A stretch of DNA of 64,000 nt. Origin: Cycas panzhihuaensis (taxonomy: Eukaryota > Plantae > Cycadophyta). The notes under the pieces are model-generated. The model ran no database searches. It was not told the origin of the DNA and was given only the letters and a program-made list of their open reading frames with translations. The DNA lies in the NCBI GenBank assembly GCA_023213395.1, contig CM041465.1:126239741-126303740 (forward strand). Direction: 5' to 3'. The translations under genes were made by a program, and so were the position numbers. Positions 13,250 to 25,255 of the stretch are shown piece after piece (the first letter of the stretch is position 1; each line of letters begins with the position of its first letter).

Positions 13250-14037
13250 TTCATTAATGACTTCATTTACCTTATCAATTTGAGCTGTGTTTGGAATTGA
13301 ACAAGCTTCATTTTATGGAGTAGTTGTAAGGGGGATACCACCCAACCTATATAGTCCACCATCTTCATGTCTTATGGCCACAAGCTTGCATGTTGTATGA
13401 TTTGCGATTCTACTAATGCCCTAGACAAAGAGGACATCTAAATTCTGTTTGTTTATTTCATTAATAGAGAGAAAGTTCATCTTCAGGTGCAAGGAATATA
13501 TTATTGATGTGGTGCCTCATACTGGAGTCCTTCAAAGCTATTGGATCCCTACCAATTTTGGTCATTATCGTAAGTCAAATTATCCCCAAATGTGATATTT
13601 TGAGTATCGACTGGGCGGGTCTCTTCTAACATTTTTTCTAATCTGATCATATATCTCGTTGTACCTGACTCAAGGAGTCATGCATCCTCATCAAGTTGAT
13701 CCATATGATCATAGTATAGTAGGCATCTAACTAGAGTAAGAGGCCTAAAGGAGTTAAGACCAGAGGATCCATATGATCATAGGTAGGTTCTTGGAAAATT
13801 ATCAATAGCAGTGACTCATCTCACATAAGTTTGAGATAGGCTAATAGTACATGCATTTAACTCCAACTAGCATCAAGCTCTAATAGGTAAAATAAAAAGA
13901 GGCCACTGCTCTCAATAAGATGCATAGAGTTCACTCAGTTGTTGAGGCCACACATATAAACGCATAGTGAGGGTAGATGCCCACCATTAGGCCAATCAGA
14001 ATATGAATCGTAAGACTCTTCTCACATAAGGCCAAAA

Positions 14038-14536
14038 GATCACCTCTCTCATCTAATGGTTAAATCTAGGTTCAAAGAAAGTGATCTACCTTATTTGTAA
14101 AAGAATAAGTACTTTGAGATATTATGTATCTTGATGTATTTTGTATATGCAAGAAGATAATTTATATCTTCTTGTTGTTTAGCAGATTAAAGTCAAATAA
14201 TTATTGTTGAACTAATTTCTAGGTGTGATGTTGATGTACTCTAAAGTAAATAAATGGCAATTCATTATTTTGAATCAAATAAGAAAACCAATGACAAAAA
14301 AGAGTTAAATTTAAGATTCGAAATGTTTATTAGATGAATAAAGAGCGTAGAAGTTATTTTCTTTCATTGCATTTGGACGTTACTAATATTGACAACACAA
14401 TGTAGATGATGCACTATAAGGAGCGAATGATTCCCAGGGATTACATCTGCATTCATTTTAGTTTGTAGAAATGGTGCTTCAAAGCTTCGTTAGCAGAAAG
14501 ACATTCCCTTGGGTCAAACTTCAGTAAATCTCGAAG
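14038..14536 (-). pseudogene. LAMMER kinase 3'-end fragment, monomer copy
   Basis: Homologous to 21132-21620 with the same junction to copia RT. Confidence 0.9.
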
Positions 14537-17505
14537 ATGGGGTGTTGTTTGAAGAAAACCTCTTCTTTAAGGTCTCTATTGAGGAAAGTACCCTTCACAT
14601 CTGTTTGCTAAATATGTCGATTAAATTAGATTGCTAAGGACATAACCAAATGGAATGTGATCACATTGGCTTCCAGTGCAAAGGTCTTATCATAATTAAT
14701 CCCCTCTTGTTATTTAAAAGCTCTTGTTATAAGGCGAGCTTATGAGTGTCATACTTTGTAAGGCCTTTTAGCGATTATGGAGGAGGAACATCCATTAATA
14801 ATTGTTATACCCATTAGGATTTAGTTGAATGCTAGTGGCTTCCACCTGAAGTTCATCAACTAAAATTGGAGGTAAAGTTATACTTTCTTGAGTTGTTGAT
14901 GTAGATGCTACTGGAATCGATGAAGGAGCTGGACTGTAGGAGGAGACTAGTTTTGATGGCTCCACAATTTGTCCAAGAGTCACTTAAGATACATAAACTA
15001 CTTCTACTACTATAATATAAGGTTGAGGTGAAGGTAGGTCCTATGAATCTTCTATAAATATTATATCCCGTGTTGCGTAAACTTGGTTACCAACTATGTC
15101 AAACACTTTATAGGCTTTACAACCAAGTACATAGCTAAAGAAGATGCATTTTAGGCTCTTGTCATCAAGCTTCTTTTCATTTTCCTTTGAAATATATTTA
15201 TATTCCATGCATCCAAAGATTTGCACGAGTACTATCGATGGTTTCTGACCTGACCAAACTTCTTCAAGAGTAATATTCCTAACTGCAATTCTAGGACTTA
15301 TGTTGGTTAGGTAAGTAGTTATGGTTGTGGCATCAACCCAAGATCTGGTGGTAAGATTTGCAACACTAAGCATGGCTTCTCCTTTATTTATCAATGTCTA
15401 ATTCATTCTTTTGACTACACCATTTTGTTGAGGTGTGTGAGGAGTTGGGAACTGATGTTGGATGCCATGTTCTCTGCCCAAAATGTTGAACTGATTAGAA
15501 CTATACTCTAAGCCACCATTATCAGATTTAAGGAGCTTGATTATCATTCTACTTTTCTTTTTTATGGCAGCTTTGAACTCTTTGAATTTATTTAGGGTTT
15601 TATACTTTTTTCTCAGGAGATAGACCTACATTTTCCTTGAGAAGTCATCTATGAATGTGATGAAATGCCAGCTTTTATTGAGTGGTTAGACAGGTACCGA
15701 TCCGCGAATTTCTGGGTGGACCGTCTCTAACGGCGCTGAGGATCTCCATGCGTTCTTAGAAGGAAAAATTTCTCTTTAGTGCTTTTCTATTAGGCAAGCC
15801 TCACATATGTTGTTGTACCTCTTAATTTTATGTAAACCATGTACCATTTGGAGCTTAAACATGAGGTCCAAGCTTTGCATGTTTAAATGACTTAGGCATT
15901 AATTCCATAGGTGTACTTTGGAGCTATTTGAGATGATAATTTCCTTTCAATATGAGAATTCACCTGGTTCTTATATATAGGGGCACTCTTCATTAATGAC
16001 TTCATTTACCTTATCAATTTGAGCTATGTTGGGAATTGAACAAGCTTCATTTTATGGAGTAGTTGTAAGGGGGATACCACCCAACCTATATAGGCCACCA
16101 TCTTCATATCTTATGGCCACAAGCTTGCACGTTGCATGATCTGCGATTCTACTAATGCCCTAGACAAAGAGGACATCTAAATTCTGTTTGTTTATTTCAT
16201 TGATATAGGGCAAGTTCATCTCCATTTCCGGTGCAAGGAATATATTATTGATGTGGTGCCTCATATTGGAGTCCTTCAAAGCTATTGGAGCCCTACCAAT
16301 TTTGGTATTATCGTAAGTCAAATTATCCCCAAATGTGATAGTTTAAGTATCGACTGGACGGGTCTCTTCTAATATTTTTTCTAATCCGATCATATATCTC
16401 GTTGCACCTGACTCAAGGAGCCATGCATCCTCATCAAGTTGTGAAGAAAGAGCTGCAAAGAATAGGTGATGGAAGGAGGAATCCTAATTGTCTACCACAT
16501 TACTTCCCTATTATTTATTATTATGCTGGTTTCTTTAATTTTTGATAGTGAATTGTAGCTTATTTTGAGGTCTTTCTCCTTGAGGATGTCTCAGATTCCA
16601 ATTGTGTTGGTAGAATTGGCCTTGTGGTTGGAATGATGACCCTTCTTATTGTTGAATAAGGCCTCTTCATTGGAAATATAGGCCTCCTTGTTACAAAATA
16701 AGACCTCGCTATTATGGAAACGGGGCTCTTTGTAGAAGGCACGATCCTCCTTAGTAATATCCTTGTCTCTGTTAAGAGTAACTAGGACCTCCTTGTTGAT
16801 ATGAGGGTGGTCCTTATTAGTAGATTAGGCCTAATCGTTGATAATAAGAGGTAGCTTATTAGAAGCGAGGCCTATATGATTGGCTCAATTGATTTTACAA
16901 GAGTTGTGAATCAACTTGTCCTCACTTGCATTAACAGAAGTGCCTTTTTTTATCATAGTAGAGGCAACTGACATATGGTCTAACCTATTAATTCTTTTAA
17001 AGTTGTGCATATGGCTGGTATTGAGACTGCTGATGCCAATGAGTTAGACAGGAGGAGGAGGTGTTAATTGGTTATTACTTCTCTTAGGTTGGTTGTTGAT
17101 ATGGCTCTTGGGATATGGTCAGAGAATCCAAGTGTTGAGTTAGATCTTGGTGTTGACTAAGCTGTTGAGTTGATCTATTAATAGTCTTACGCTTTTATGA
17201 GTTATGGGCTGTAAAGGTAGGAGCGGGGTTAGATATACATGTCGCCCCAAGTCAGTCAGTTGAGTATATTCTCCTCTTATAACAAGAGTTCCTCACAGGT
17301 CGTGAAGTCTATTTTGGAATAATTACCATTTAATTTGGAAACAAAGGAGTTATATTCTATAGAGATTAAATCATGGTTTGAAAGTGGCTCGTTAAGGATT
17401 ATAGGTTAGTTCCCAGTTATTTTGACTTTAATCAAGTGGTGTGCAACGCTGCCAAAAAACGTATACCTTTATCAAAACGTTATGAACTTAAAGAAGATAA
17501 GTCAT
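14537..17505 (-). mobile_element. Degenerate copia gag-PR-INT-partial RT (monomer copy)
   Basis: Integrase C-terminal ORF 15041-15394 (KKLDDKSLKCIFFSY...AYKVFD). RT is truncated at the EEVFFKQHP motif. Confidence 0.88.
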
Positions 17506-18917
17506 GAAAATAAGATTAATTTTAGATTCACCTATTCATTATAGGGTGTACCCTATGCTTGGCACAAATAATTATACCCAACTAAGACATGGGAGAATAT
17601 TATGAAGTAATTTAAGGAGATATTGTAAAAGTTTTTAAGTAATGAGGTAGTGGAGTTATCTCTCAAGGAAATGAGATAAAGGCTAGTAGAATTACTTTTA
17701 ATACGTATATGAAAAATAAATATTAAAGTTGTAAGTATTATGAATGGAGAAAAAATCATGGATTATAAGAAGAGAAACTATTTTACAAATGGGCTAAATT
17801 CCATTTCACACATGAGTTGGTATTACACTTTGAGAAAGAGATGGGCATTTAAGAGGGCAGCCATAAACCTTATTATTTAGATCACAAGATAAAATGTAAT
17901 AATTAAGAAGCCAAAATATAAATAAACCTTGCTATTAAGTAACAAAAATAAAGGAGACCTCAAAAGTAGAAGCCTTTAAAAAGGAAGTCACAAGATTAAA
18001 GTTATAAAGAAAGAAACCTAAACTTACTAAGGAGAAGAAGAACAAAAAAATATAGGGGTAACGAACTGTAATTAAAGAAGTGGTGTCACATTTGTGATAA
18101 TAATTCATATTCTAGTAAAAAATGTGACCTAAATGAGAGGAATAATATGGTAAAAAAGTAAAGTACATGGTGTTATATTTGTGATATGGATAACCATAAT
18201 ATGAATAAACACTATTTTAATATATGTAAAACAAACCAATACGGTACAAGTTATGGAAGAAGGAACGACTTAACCATGATGCAATATACTAATGGCGCAG
18301 GAAGGCATGTGAAAAAATAATAATGCATGAAGAGAGAGTAAAGGAAATGTACTAAACTAACTAAAATAATAGAGATAAAATTGATCTATCCTCATAGAAA
18401 ATACCTATAGAGAGATCAAACATCACCTAATAAGAAGGCTGTCAAAATCTAAGAGGTCCACTAGAGCATATATGCCTAAACTATTGAGAAAAGTATGTGC
18501 TTGGCCCATTGCAGATACCCTTTATAAAGGAGAATATCCTATCCTAACCCAGACTCTTAAATATACCTAAAACACTAGACTCAATCTTAAAATATGAGAA
18601 GGGACTAACTAGAGTAAGAGGCCTAAAGGAGTTAAGACCACAGGATCCACATGATCATTAGGTAGGTTCTTGGAAAATTATCAATTGCAGTGACTCATCT
18701 CACATAAGTTTGAGATAGGCTAATAATAGTACATGCATTTAACTCCAACTGGCATCAAGCTCTAATAGGTAAAATAAAAAGAGGCCACTGCTCTCAATAA
18801 GATGCATAGAGTTCACTCAGTTGTTGAGGCCACATATAAACGCATAGTGAGCGTAGATGCCCACCATTAGGCCATTCAGAATATGAATCGTAAGACTCTT
18901 CTCACATAAGGCCAAAA

Positions 18918-19416
18918 GATCACCTCTCTCATCTAATGGTTAAATCTAGGTTCAAAGAAAGTGATCTACCTTATTTGTAAAAGAATAAGTACTTTGAGAT
19001 ATTATGTATCTTGATGTATTTTGTATATGCAAGAAGATAATTTATATCTTCTTGTTGTTTAGGAGATTAAAGTCAAATAATTATTGTTGAACTAATTTCT
19101 AGGTGTGATGTTGATGTACTCTAAAGTAAATAAATGGCAATTCATTATTTTGAATCAAATAAGAAAACCAATGACAAAAAAGAGTTAAATTTAAGAATCG
19201 AAATGTTTACTAGACGAATAAAGAGCGTAGAAGCTGTTTTCTTTCATTGTGTTTGGACGTTACTAATATTGACAACACAACGTAGATGACGCACTATCAG
19301 GAGCGAATGATTCCCAGGGATTACATCTACGTTCATTTTAGTTTGTAGAAATGGTGCTTCAAAGCTTCCTTAGCTGAAAGACGTTCCCTTGGGTCAAACT
19401 TCAACAAACCTAGAAG
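18918..19416 (-). pseudogene. LAMMER kinase 3'-end fragment, monomer copy
   Basis: Homologous to 21132-21620. Confidence 0.9.
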
Positions 19417-21130
19417 ATGGGGTGTTGTTTGAAGAAAACCTCTTCTTTAAGGTCTCTATTGAGGAAAGTACCCTTCACATCCATTTGTTAAATATGCCGA
19501 TTAAATTAGATTGCTAAGGACATAACCAAATGGAATGTGATCACATTGGCTACCGGTGCAAAGGTCTTGTCATAATCAATCCCCTCTTGTTATTTAAAAC
19601 CTCTTGCTATAAGGCGAGCTTTGCGAGTGTCATACTTTGTAAGGCCTTTTAGTAGTTATGGGAGGAGGAACATCCATTAATAATTATTATACCCATTAGG
19701 ATGTAGTTGAATGCTAGTGGCTTCCACCTGAAGTTCATCAACTAAAATTGGAGCTAAAGTTATACTTTCTTGAGTTGTTGATGTAGATGCTACTGGAATC
19801 GATGAAGGAGCTGGAGTGTAGGAGGAGGTTAGTTTTGGTGGCTCCACAATTTGTCCAAGAATCACTTAACATACACAAACTACTTCTACTTCTGTAATAT
19901 AAGGTTGAGGTGAAGGTAGGTCCTATGAATCTTCTATAAATATTATATCCCGTGTTGCGTAAACTTGGTTACCAACTATGTCAAACACTTTATAGGCTTT
20001 ACAACCAAGTACATAGCTAAAGAAGATGCATTTCAGTCTCTTGTCATCAAGCTTCTTTTTGTTTTCCTTTGAAATATATTTATATTCCATGCATCCAAAG
20101 ATCTGCACGAGTACTATCGATGGTTTCTGACCTGACCAAACTTCTTCAAGAGTAATATTCCTGACTGCAATTCTAGGACTTATGTTGGTTAGATAAGTAG
20201 TTATGGTTGTGGCATCAACCCAAGATCTGGTGGTCAGATTTGCAACACTAAGCACGGCTTTTCCTTTATTTATCAATGTCTAATTCATTCTTTTGACTAC
20301 ACCATTTTGTTGAGGTGTGTGGGGAGCTGGGAATTGATGTTGGATGCCATGTTCCTTGCCCAAAATGTTGGACTGATTAGAAATATACTCAAAGCCACCA
20401 TTATCAGATCTAAGGGGCTTGATTATCATTCTACTTTCCTTTTCTATGGCAGCTTTGAACTGTTTGAATTTATTTGGGGTTTTTACTCATTTCTCAGGAA
20501 ATAGACCTACATTTTCCTTGAGAAGTCATCTATGAATGTGATGAAATGCGAGTTCGTATTGAGTGGTTAGACAGGTACCAACCTGTAAATTTCTGGATGG
20601 ACCATCTCTAACGGCGCTGGGGATCTCCATGTGTTCTTAGAAGGAAAATTTTCTCGTTAGTGCTTTTCTGTTAGGCAAGCCCCACATATGTTGTTGTACC
20701 TCTTAATTTTATGTAAACCATGTACCATTTGGAGCTTAAATATGAGGTCCAAGATTTGCATGTTTTAAATGACTCAGGCATTAATTCCATAGGTATACTT
20801 TGTGGAGCTATCTGAGATGACATTTTCCTTTCAATATGAGAATTCACCCGGTTCTTATATACAAAGGGATTCTTCATTAACGACTTCATTTACCTTATCA
20901 ATTTGAGCTATGTTGGGCATTGAACAAGCTTCATTTTATGGAGTAGTTGTAATGGGGATACCACCCGACCTATATAGGCCACCATCTTCATGTCTTGTGG
21001 CCAGAGGTTTGCATGTTGCATGATCTGCGATGCGATTCTACTAATGCCCTAGCCAAAGAGGATATCTAAATGATGTTTGTTTATTTCCTTGATAGAGAGC
21101 AAGTTCGTCTCCATTTCGGGTGCAAGGAAA
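19417..21130 (-). mobile_element. Degenerate copia INT/partial RT, truncated monomer abutting the kinase 3' flank
   Basis: ORF 19923-20276. The sequence jumps from GTGCAAGGAA to GATCACCTC, skipping ~2.7 kb of the monomer. Confidence 0.85.
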
Positions 21131-21536
21131 TGATCACCTCTCTAATCTAATGATTAAATCTAGGTTCGAAAAAAGTGATCTGCGTTGTTTGTAAAAGAAT
21201 AAGGACCTTGTCATATTATGTATCTTGATTTATTTTGTATATGCAAGAAAATAATTTATATCTTTTTGTCGTTTAGGAGATTAGAGTCAAATAATTATTG
21301 TTCAACTAATTTCTAGGCGTGGCGTTGATGTACTCTAAAGGCAATTCATTATTTTGAATCAAATAAGAAAAATCATGACAAAAAACAATTAAATTTAAGA
21401 GACGAAATGTTTACCAGACGAATAAAGAGCGTAGAAGCCGTTTTCTTTCATTGCGTTTGGACGTCACTAATATTGACAACACAACGTAGACGACGCACTA
21501 TCAGGAGCGAATGATTCCCAGGGATTACATCTACGT

Positions 21537-22709
21537 TCATTTTAGTTTGAAGAAGTGGTGGTTCAAAGCTTCGTTAGCGGAAAGACGCTCCCTTGGGTCA
21601 AACTTCAACAAACCACGAAGCAAATCAATGAGGGCTTCTGATGAGGGATCCCCATTTTGATTGACAAGATTCCGCAGGCGAGGCAATCTCTGGACTAGTC
21701 GAACTCTGTCTCTGGATGCAGCCCCCCGTGGCCAGTTGAGTTCCCTACCATTTCTAATGTACTCCCTTCCACAATCAGCAGCCCATTTTATCATATGTTG
21801 AGGAATTGGTCCCAATACCCGTTGCATCATTGCAAGGTGTTCCAAATCATCATCGGTCTGAAAAAGGGCATTTCCACAGAATAATTCCGCCAAAACGCAC
21901 CCAACACTCCACAAATCGATAGGATAACTCCATCCAACACCCATTACCACCTCAGGTGCTCGGTAACCTCTCGTGGTAACTACCTTGCGATGGTATTGGT
22001 TCTGGAATGTGGCATTACCAAAATCTATGAGTTTAATTGCACTCGACGAGGGAATGCACTTATAACGATTCTTACGATCCGAAGAATTCTTGTCATATTC
22101 CGAGGAGACGAGAAGAATGTTATCAGGCTTTAGATCAGTATGTGAGAGAGTGAGCTCATGAATGAATGCAACAGCCTCCAACAGCTGACGTGCGAATTCC
22201 CGAATCAGAACAACAGACAAGGGCCGGTGATTGTTTCTACGTAATAAATCGTATAAACTCGGTCCAAGCTTTTCACAAACAATGCACACATGGGCACCAA
22301 AATGAAACCAAGTCTTCAATTTCAGGCAGCCCCGGGATCCATTGGTATCAAACTCTGCTATCCTGCGAAGAATGTCAATTTCAGTCATAGCTGCAACACC
22401 ATATTGCCATTCACTGCGGATAACCTTGATGGCTACATGCTCTTGCTTTTCACCGTCCCAACAATCTAAAACTCTACCAAAAGTTCCTTCGCCCAGTTTG
22501 CTAATAATCCTGTACCGAGATGTTATGTTTTCTCCAACCTCAAACACGTAGTGCCCATCTTTGTTATCCGGTCGCCATGGATGGGACGCAACAGCATGTA
22601 CATGGTTAGATCTCATCTCATCACGCTCCTTTTTCTTCCCGTGATTGGACCGTGACTCTTTAATACGACGACTTGTGGAAGGTTGTTTATAATAAACTGC
22701 GCTCTCCAT
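21537..22709 (-). CDS. Intronless LAMMER-family dual-specificity protein kinase (plant AFC-like / CLK family), 390 aa; probable retrogene
   Basis: Single ORF with GEGTFG, VAIK, HTDLKPDNILL, DFG, TRGYRAPE, DLWSVGC and EHLAMMQRVLG (LAMMER signature variant), plus the plant AFC-type N-terminal PWRPDNKDGHYVF. Confidence 0.95.
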   Translation of the reverse strand: MESAVYYKQPSTSRRIKESRSNHGKKKERDEMRSNHVHAVASHPWRPDNKDGHYVFEVGENITSRYRIISKLGEGTFGRVLDCWDGEKQEHVAIKVIRSEWQYGVAAMTEIDILRRIAEFDTNGSRGCLKLKTWFHFGAHVCIVCEKLGPSLYDLLRRNNHRPLSVVLIREFARQLLEAVAFIHELTLSHTDLKPDNILLVSSEYDKNSSDRKNRYKCIPSSSAIKLIDFGNATFQNQYHRKVVTTRGYRAPEVVMGVGWSYPIDLWSVGCVLAELFCGNALFQTDDDLEHLAMMQRVLGPIPQHMIKWAADCGREYIRNGRELNWPRGAASRDRVRLVQRLPRLRNLVNQNGDPSSEALIDLLRGLLKFDPRERLSANEALNHHFFKLK

Positions 22710-22883
22710 ACCAAAACCTCTTCCAAGAGATCAACCGAGCGATTATTTCAGCGTGTGTATCGAATTATTTTCGATCCTAGATACTTTGCAGAAATTATTG
22801 AACCGCACAATAACAGTACACACAAGTTAAAGCGCCTCCACACACAATCGAATTGTGATGTCTTACCGTACAGCTTCCTACTT

Positions 22884-22893
22884 ACTATATATG
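22884..22893 (-). promoter_or_regulatory. Candidate TATA-like box of the kinase gene
   Basis: Minus strand CATATATAGT ~180 bp upstream of the ATG within a CpG-retaining region; motif only. Confidence 0.3.
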
Positions 22894-23589
22894 GATTCAG
22901 GTATGCGTGCGGCCGACTTATAGCTGAGGCGGCCCACAACACACAGAGACACCATAGGCATGTCCTTATTCAGCACGTCTCTCTGCTCAGAACTCCTCCC
23001 CGTCCTCTTCCCTTAGGGAAGGATAGCATGGAGTAATTTTATTGGACGGCTATGCCCTTGCCAATACCTCTCGTCATCCCAAAAACTAGAACACTTTACA
23101 AAGAATCGCATCAAGGACACGACTAAGGAAACCGTCATAGCGCATGTGAAACCGAGTCAACTCATTATCTTCTAAAGACGCTTCATACCATTAATGCTCT
23201 CATTTACTTAGAATAACGGTTCATACTCCACCTTGCTCTGGAACCTTATCTTAAATCCTACCACCGTGTCTTCATTTCACAATTGTTGAAGGCACTTATT
23301 TCTAAAGGACATCCGATGTTGCCACTAGAATGTATCTATGATGATGGAAATGTAAGATAGAAGCCACAGCCAATAACGTGGTATCAAATGATAGCTTGCA
23401 TACTCAAAATTAAGGCTCTCTCAAACATTATTAATGGAAATTAGAAAAGACTTGAAAAGTGCGTTAACGACAAGAACTCAAGCACAAACAAACCATAATA
23501 AATACGAATAATGGAAAATAGAAAGAACTCAATCTATGGTTATTTGGAAATGCCATTTATGGATACAACGTTTGAGATGGGTTATGCTA

Positions 23590-24560
23590 GAAGGATTACA
23601 GTGGGGTTTATCAGAGATGATGGAAACATGATATGAACCGTCATGAACAACCTCAATTACTGCAAAAGTACCGTGCCAACAAGAATGAAATTTATCGATG
23701 CAAATTCATCATTAACTTTGTCAAAAAGAAAAATGAGTCCAATGGGGTAAAATAAAGAAAGAAAAACAGTTTGATCATATTTTAAATTAGGTTGCATTTT
23801 GATATCTTCTAGATTGTTTAAGTAACGCAGGCTATCTTCACCAACCTTTTCTAGCTTAATGAGCCAAGTCTCAAATGCTATGCAATTCAAAAGTTGGTTG
23901 CAAATATCTGAATAAAGGGAATGAATTTTACTTTTAATGGGAATTATAGATTCTAGACCATAAACTAGAGAAGATGTGACAAATCCATTAGCTATCATGA
24001 CAATGGATCAATTGAGATATAAGGATGGATAAATTTAACAATGCTAATAATTTTTGTATTCGTGAATGATAGTTTTCAAGAGTGATAATCAAGAGAAGGG
24101 TGATACGAGACAATGTGAAAGGTAAGGTAGATACACGTGTTATATTTGGCAATGGAGCTATAAATGTTGAATATATTGTCATATAAATATGAGATGAGAA
24201 TAATTGGTAGGGAAACAAGTTGGGGATGAGAAGTATATGGGCGGTGTAAGTGAACGCAATGAATGTGGGCACTTTAGAAATAGAGTCATGGAGTATTAAT
24301 TCAATGAGTATTAAGGGTTTTTTCATAAATATGATGATCTCGATACGCAAGTAGTGATTGTCTAGATGATGGTAAAAGAAATAATGTTAGGAGGTTAACC
24401 ATAATCAAAGGTTATAAGAGAGTTAAATTCAAGAATGGTACGGACTTGTATATAATAATGGTTATTAAAATTGACATCTATAAAGACTAAACAAAATGAC
24501 AACTATTAGGTAATACAAGGTAATATGGTAGTCAGTAGCTAGGTGTGTGTAATGTTACTA
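23590..24560 (-). mobile_element. Highly degenerate Ty3/gypsy integrase C-terminal fragment
   Basis: SLVYGLESIIPIK...IKLEKVGEDS...KYDQTV and a frameshifted WHGTFAVIEVVHDGSY resemble gypsy LVYGxEAxxP and WxGPFxV motifs. Boundaries approximate. Confidence 0.65.
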
Positions 24561-24833
24561 GCAAGCGTAACATTATGGGAAGTAAAAGTGATAAGCATGA
24601 TGCAATGGTGCTATTTTAAGGCATTTACTTAGATACATACAATTACCTCATAATTCTATGGGGTTGGTAGGGAGTTAATGAACGATTGCATTGTAAGATC
24701 TCCATCAACGTGACTTAAACAATTTGCATAAACTTTTCACTATTTATATACACACATAAGCAAGGAAGTTAATAGAGATTACCTAAGAGTTATCAAAGTA
24801 CAAAAACCATTGCATGGGTCAAGGTTTAGAAAT

Positions 24834-25255
24834 TGTTAAGGAACTCCTTGCAAAGGATGTCTCTAGTGTTGAATACTTCAGAATCTAAGAAATCATGTGC
24901 TTTGATCAATATATTAAGTAAAATAATATAACTATGCAATAAAACGTGTGAAATAAATAAGCATAACTCAGATGGACAAAGTACGGCTGGATTTGCCACC
25001 ACATAGAGCTCTATTTGGGAGGATCTTCTACATTAATCATAATCCAATGTATAACACAATGGTGCGAGTCTTAATTTATAGTCAACTTGCCAATACTTGA
25101 AAGATGCAATAGGCTCACTAAGCAACAAATAAGGCGGATCTGACTAGTTTATATAATAACATTAAATTATAACAAAGGGTCGCCTTAATATTATACAATG
25201 TGCACAAATTATATGAAGTACAAGAAATGATGGGTGTTATTACATGGTTTTAACA
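24834..25255 (-). repeat. Putative 3' LTR of the old copia element
   Basis: TGTTAA...TTAACA termini with a PPT-like TTAAGGGATGG adjacent on the minus strand just after RNase H. No partner 5' LTR was recognised. Confidence 0.45.

Noticed and set aside
3668-18917. Helitron or Pack-TIR capture as the origin of the kinase-fragment monomer
   Set aside because: I recognised no Helitron termini, TIRs or TSDs at monomer borders; a simple deletion explains both the junction and the length.
22683-23036. 117-aa + strand ORF overlapping the kinase 5' region (also 44354-44707)
   Set aside because: Non-ATG start and no recognisable domain; the duplicate is explained by the segmental copy.
23379-23388. 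PBS-like TGGTATCAAA on the + strand
   Set aside because: Short match with no adjacent LTR end or downstream gag in that orientation.
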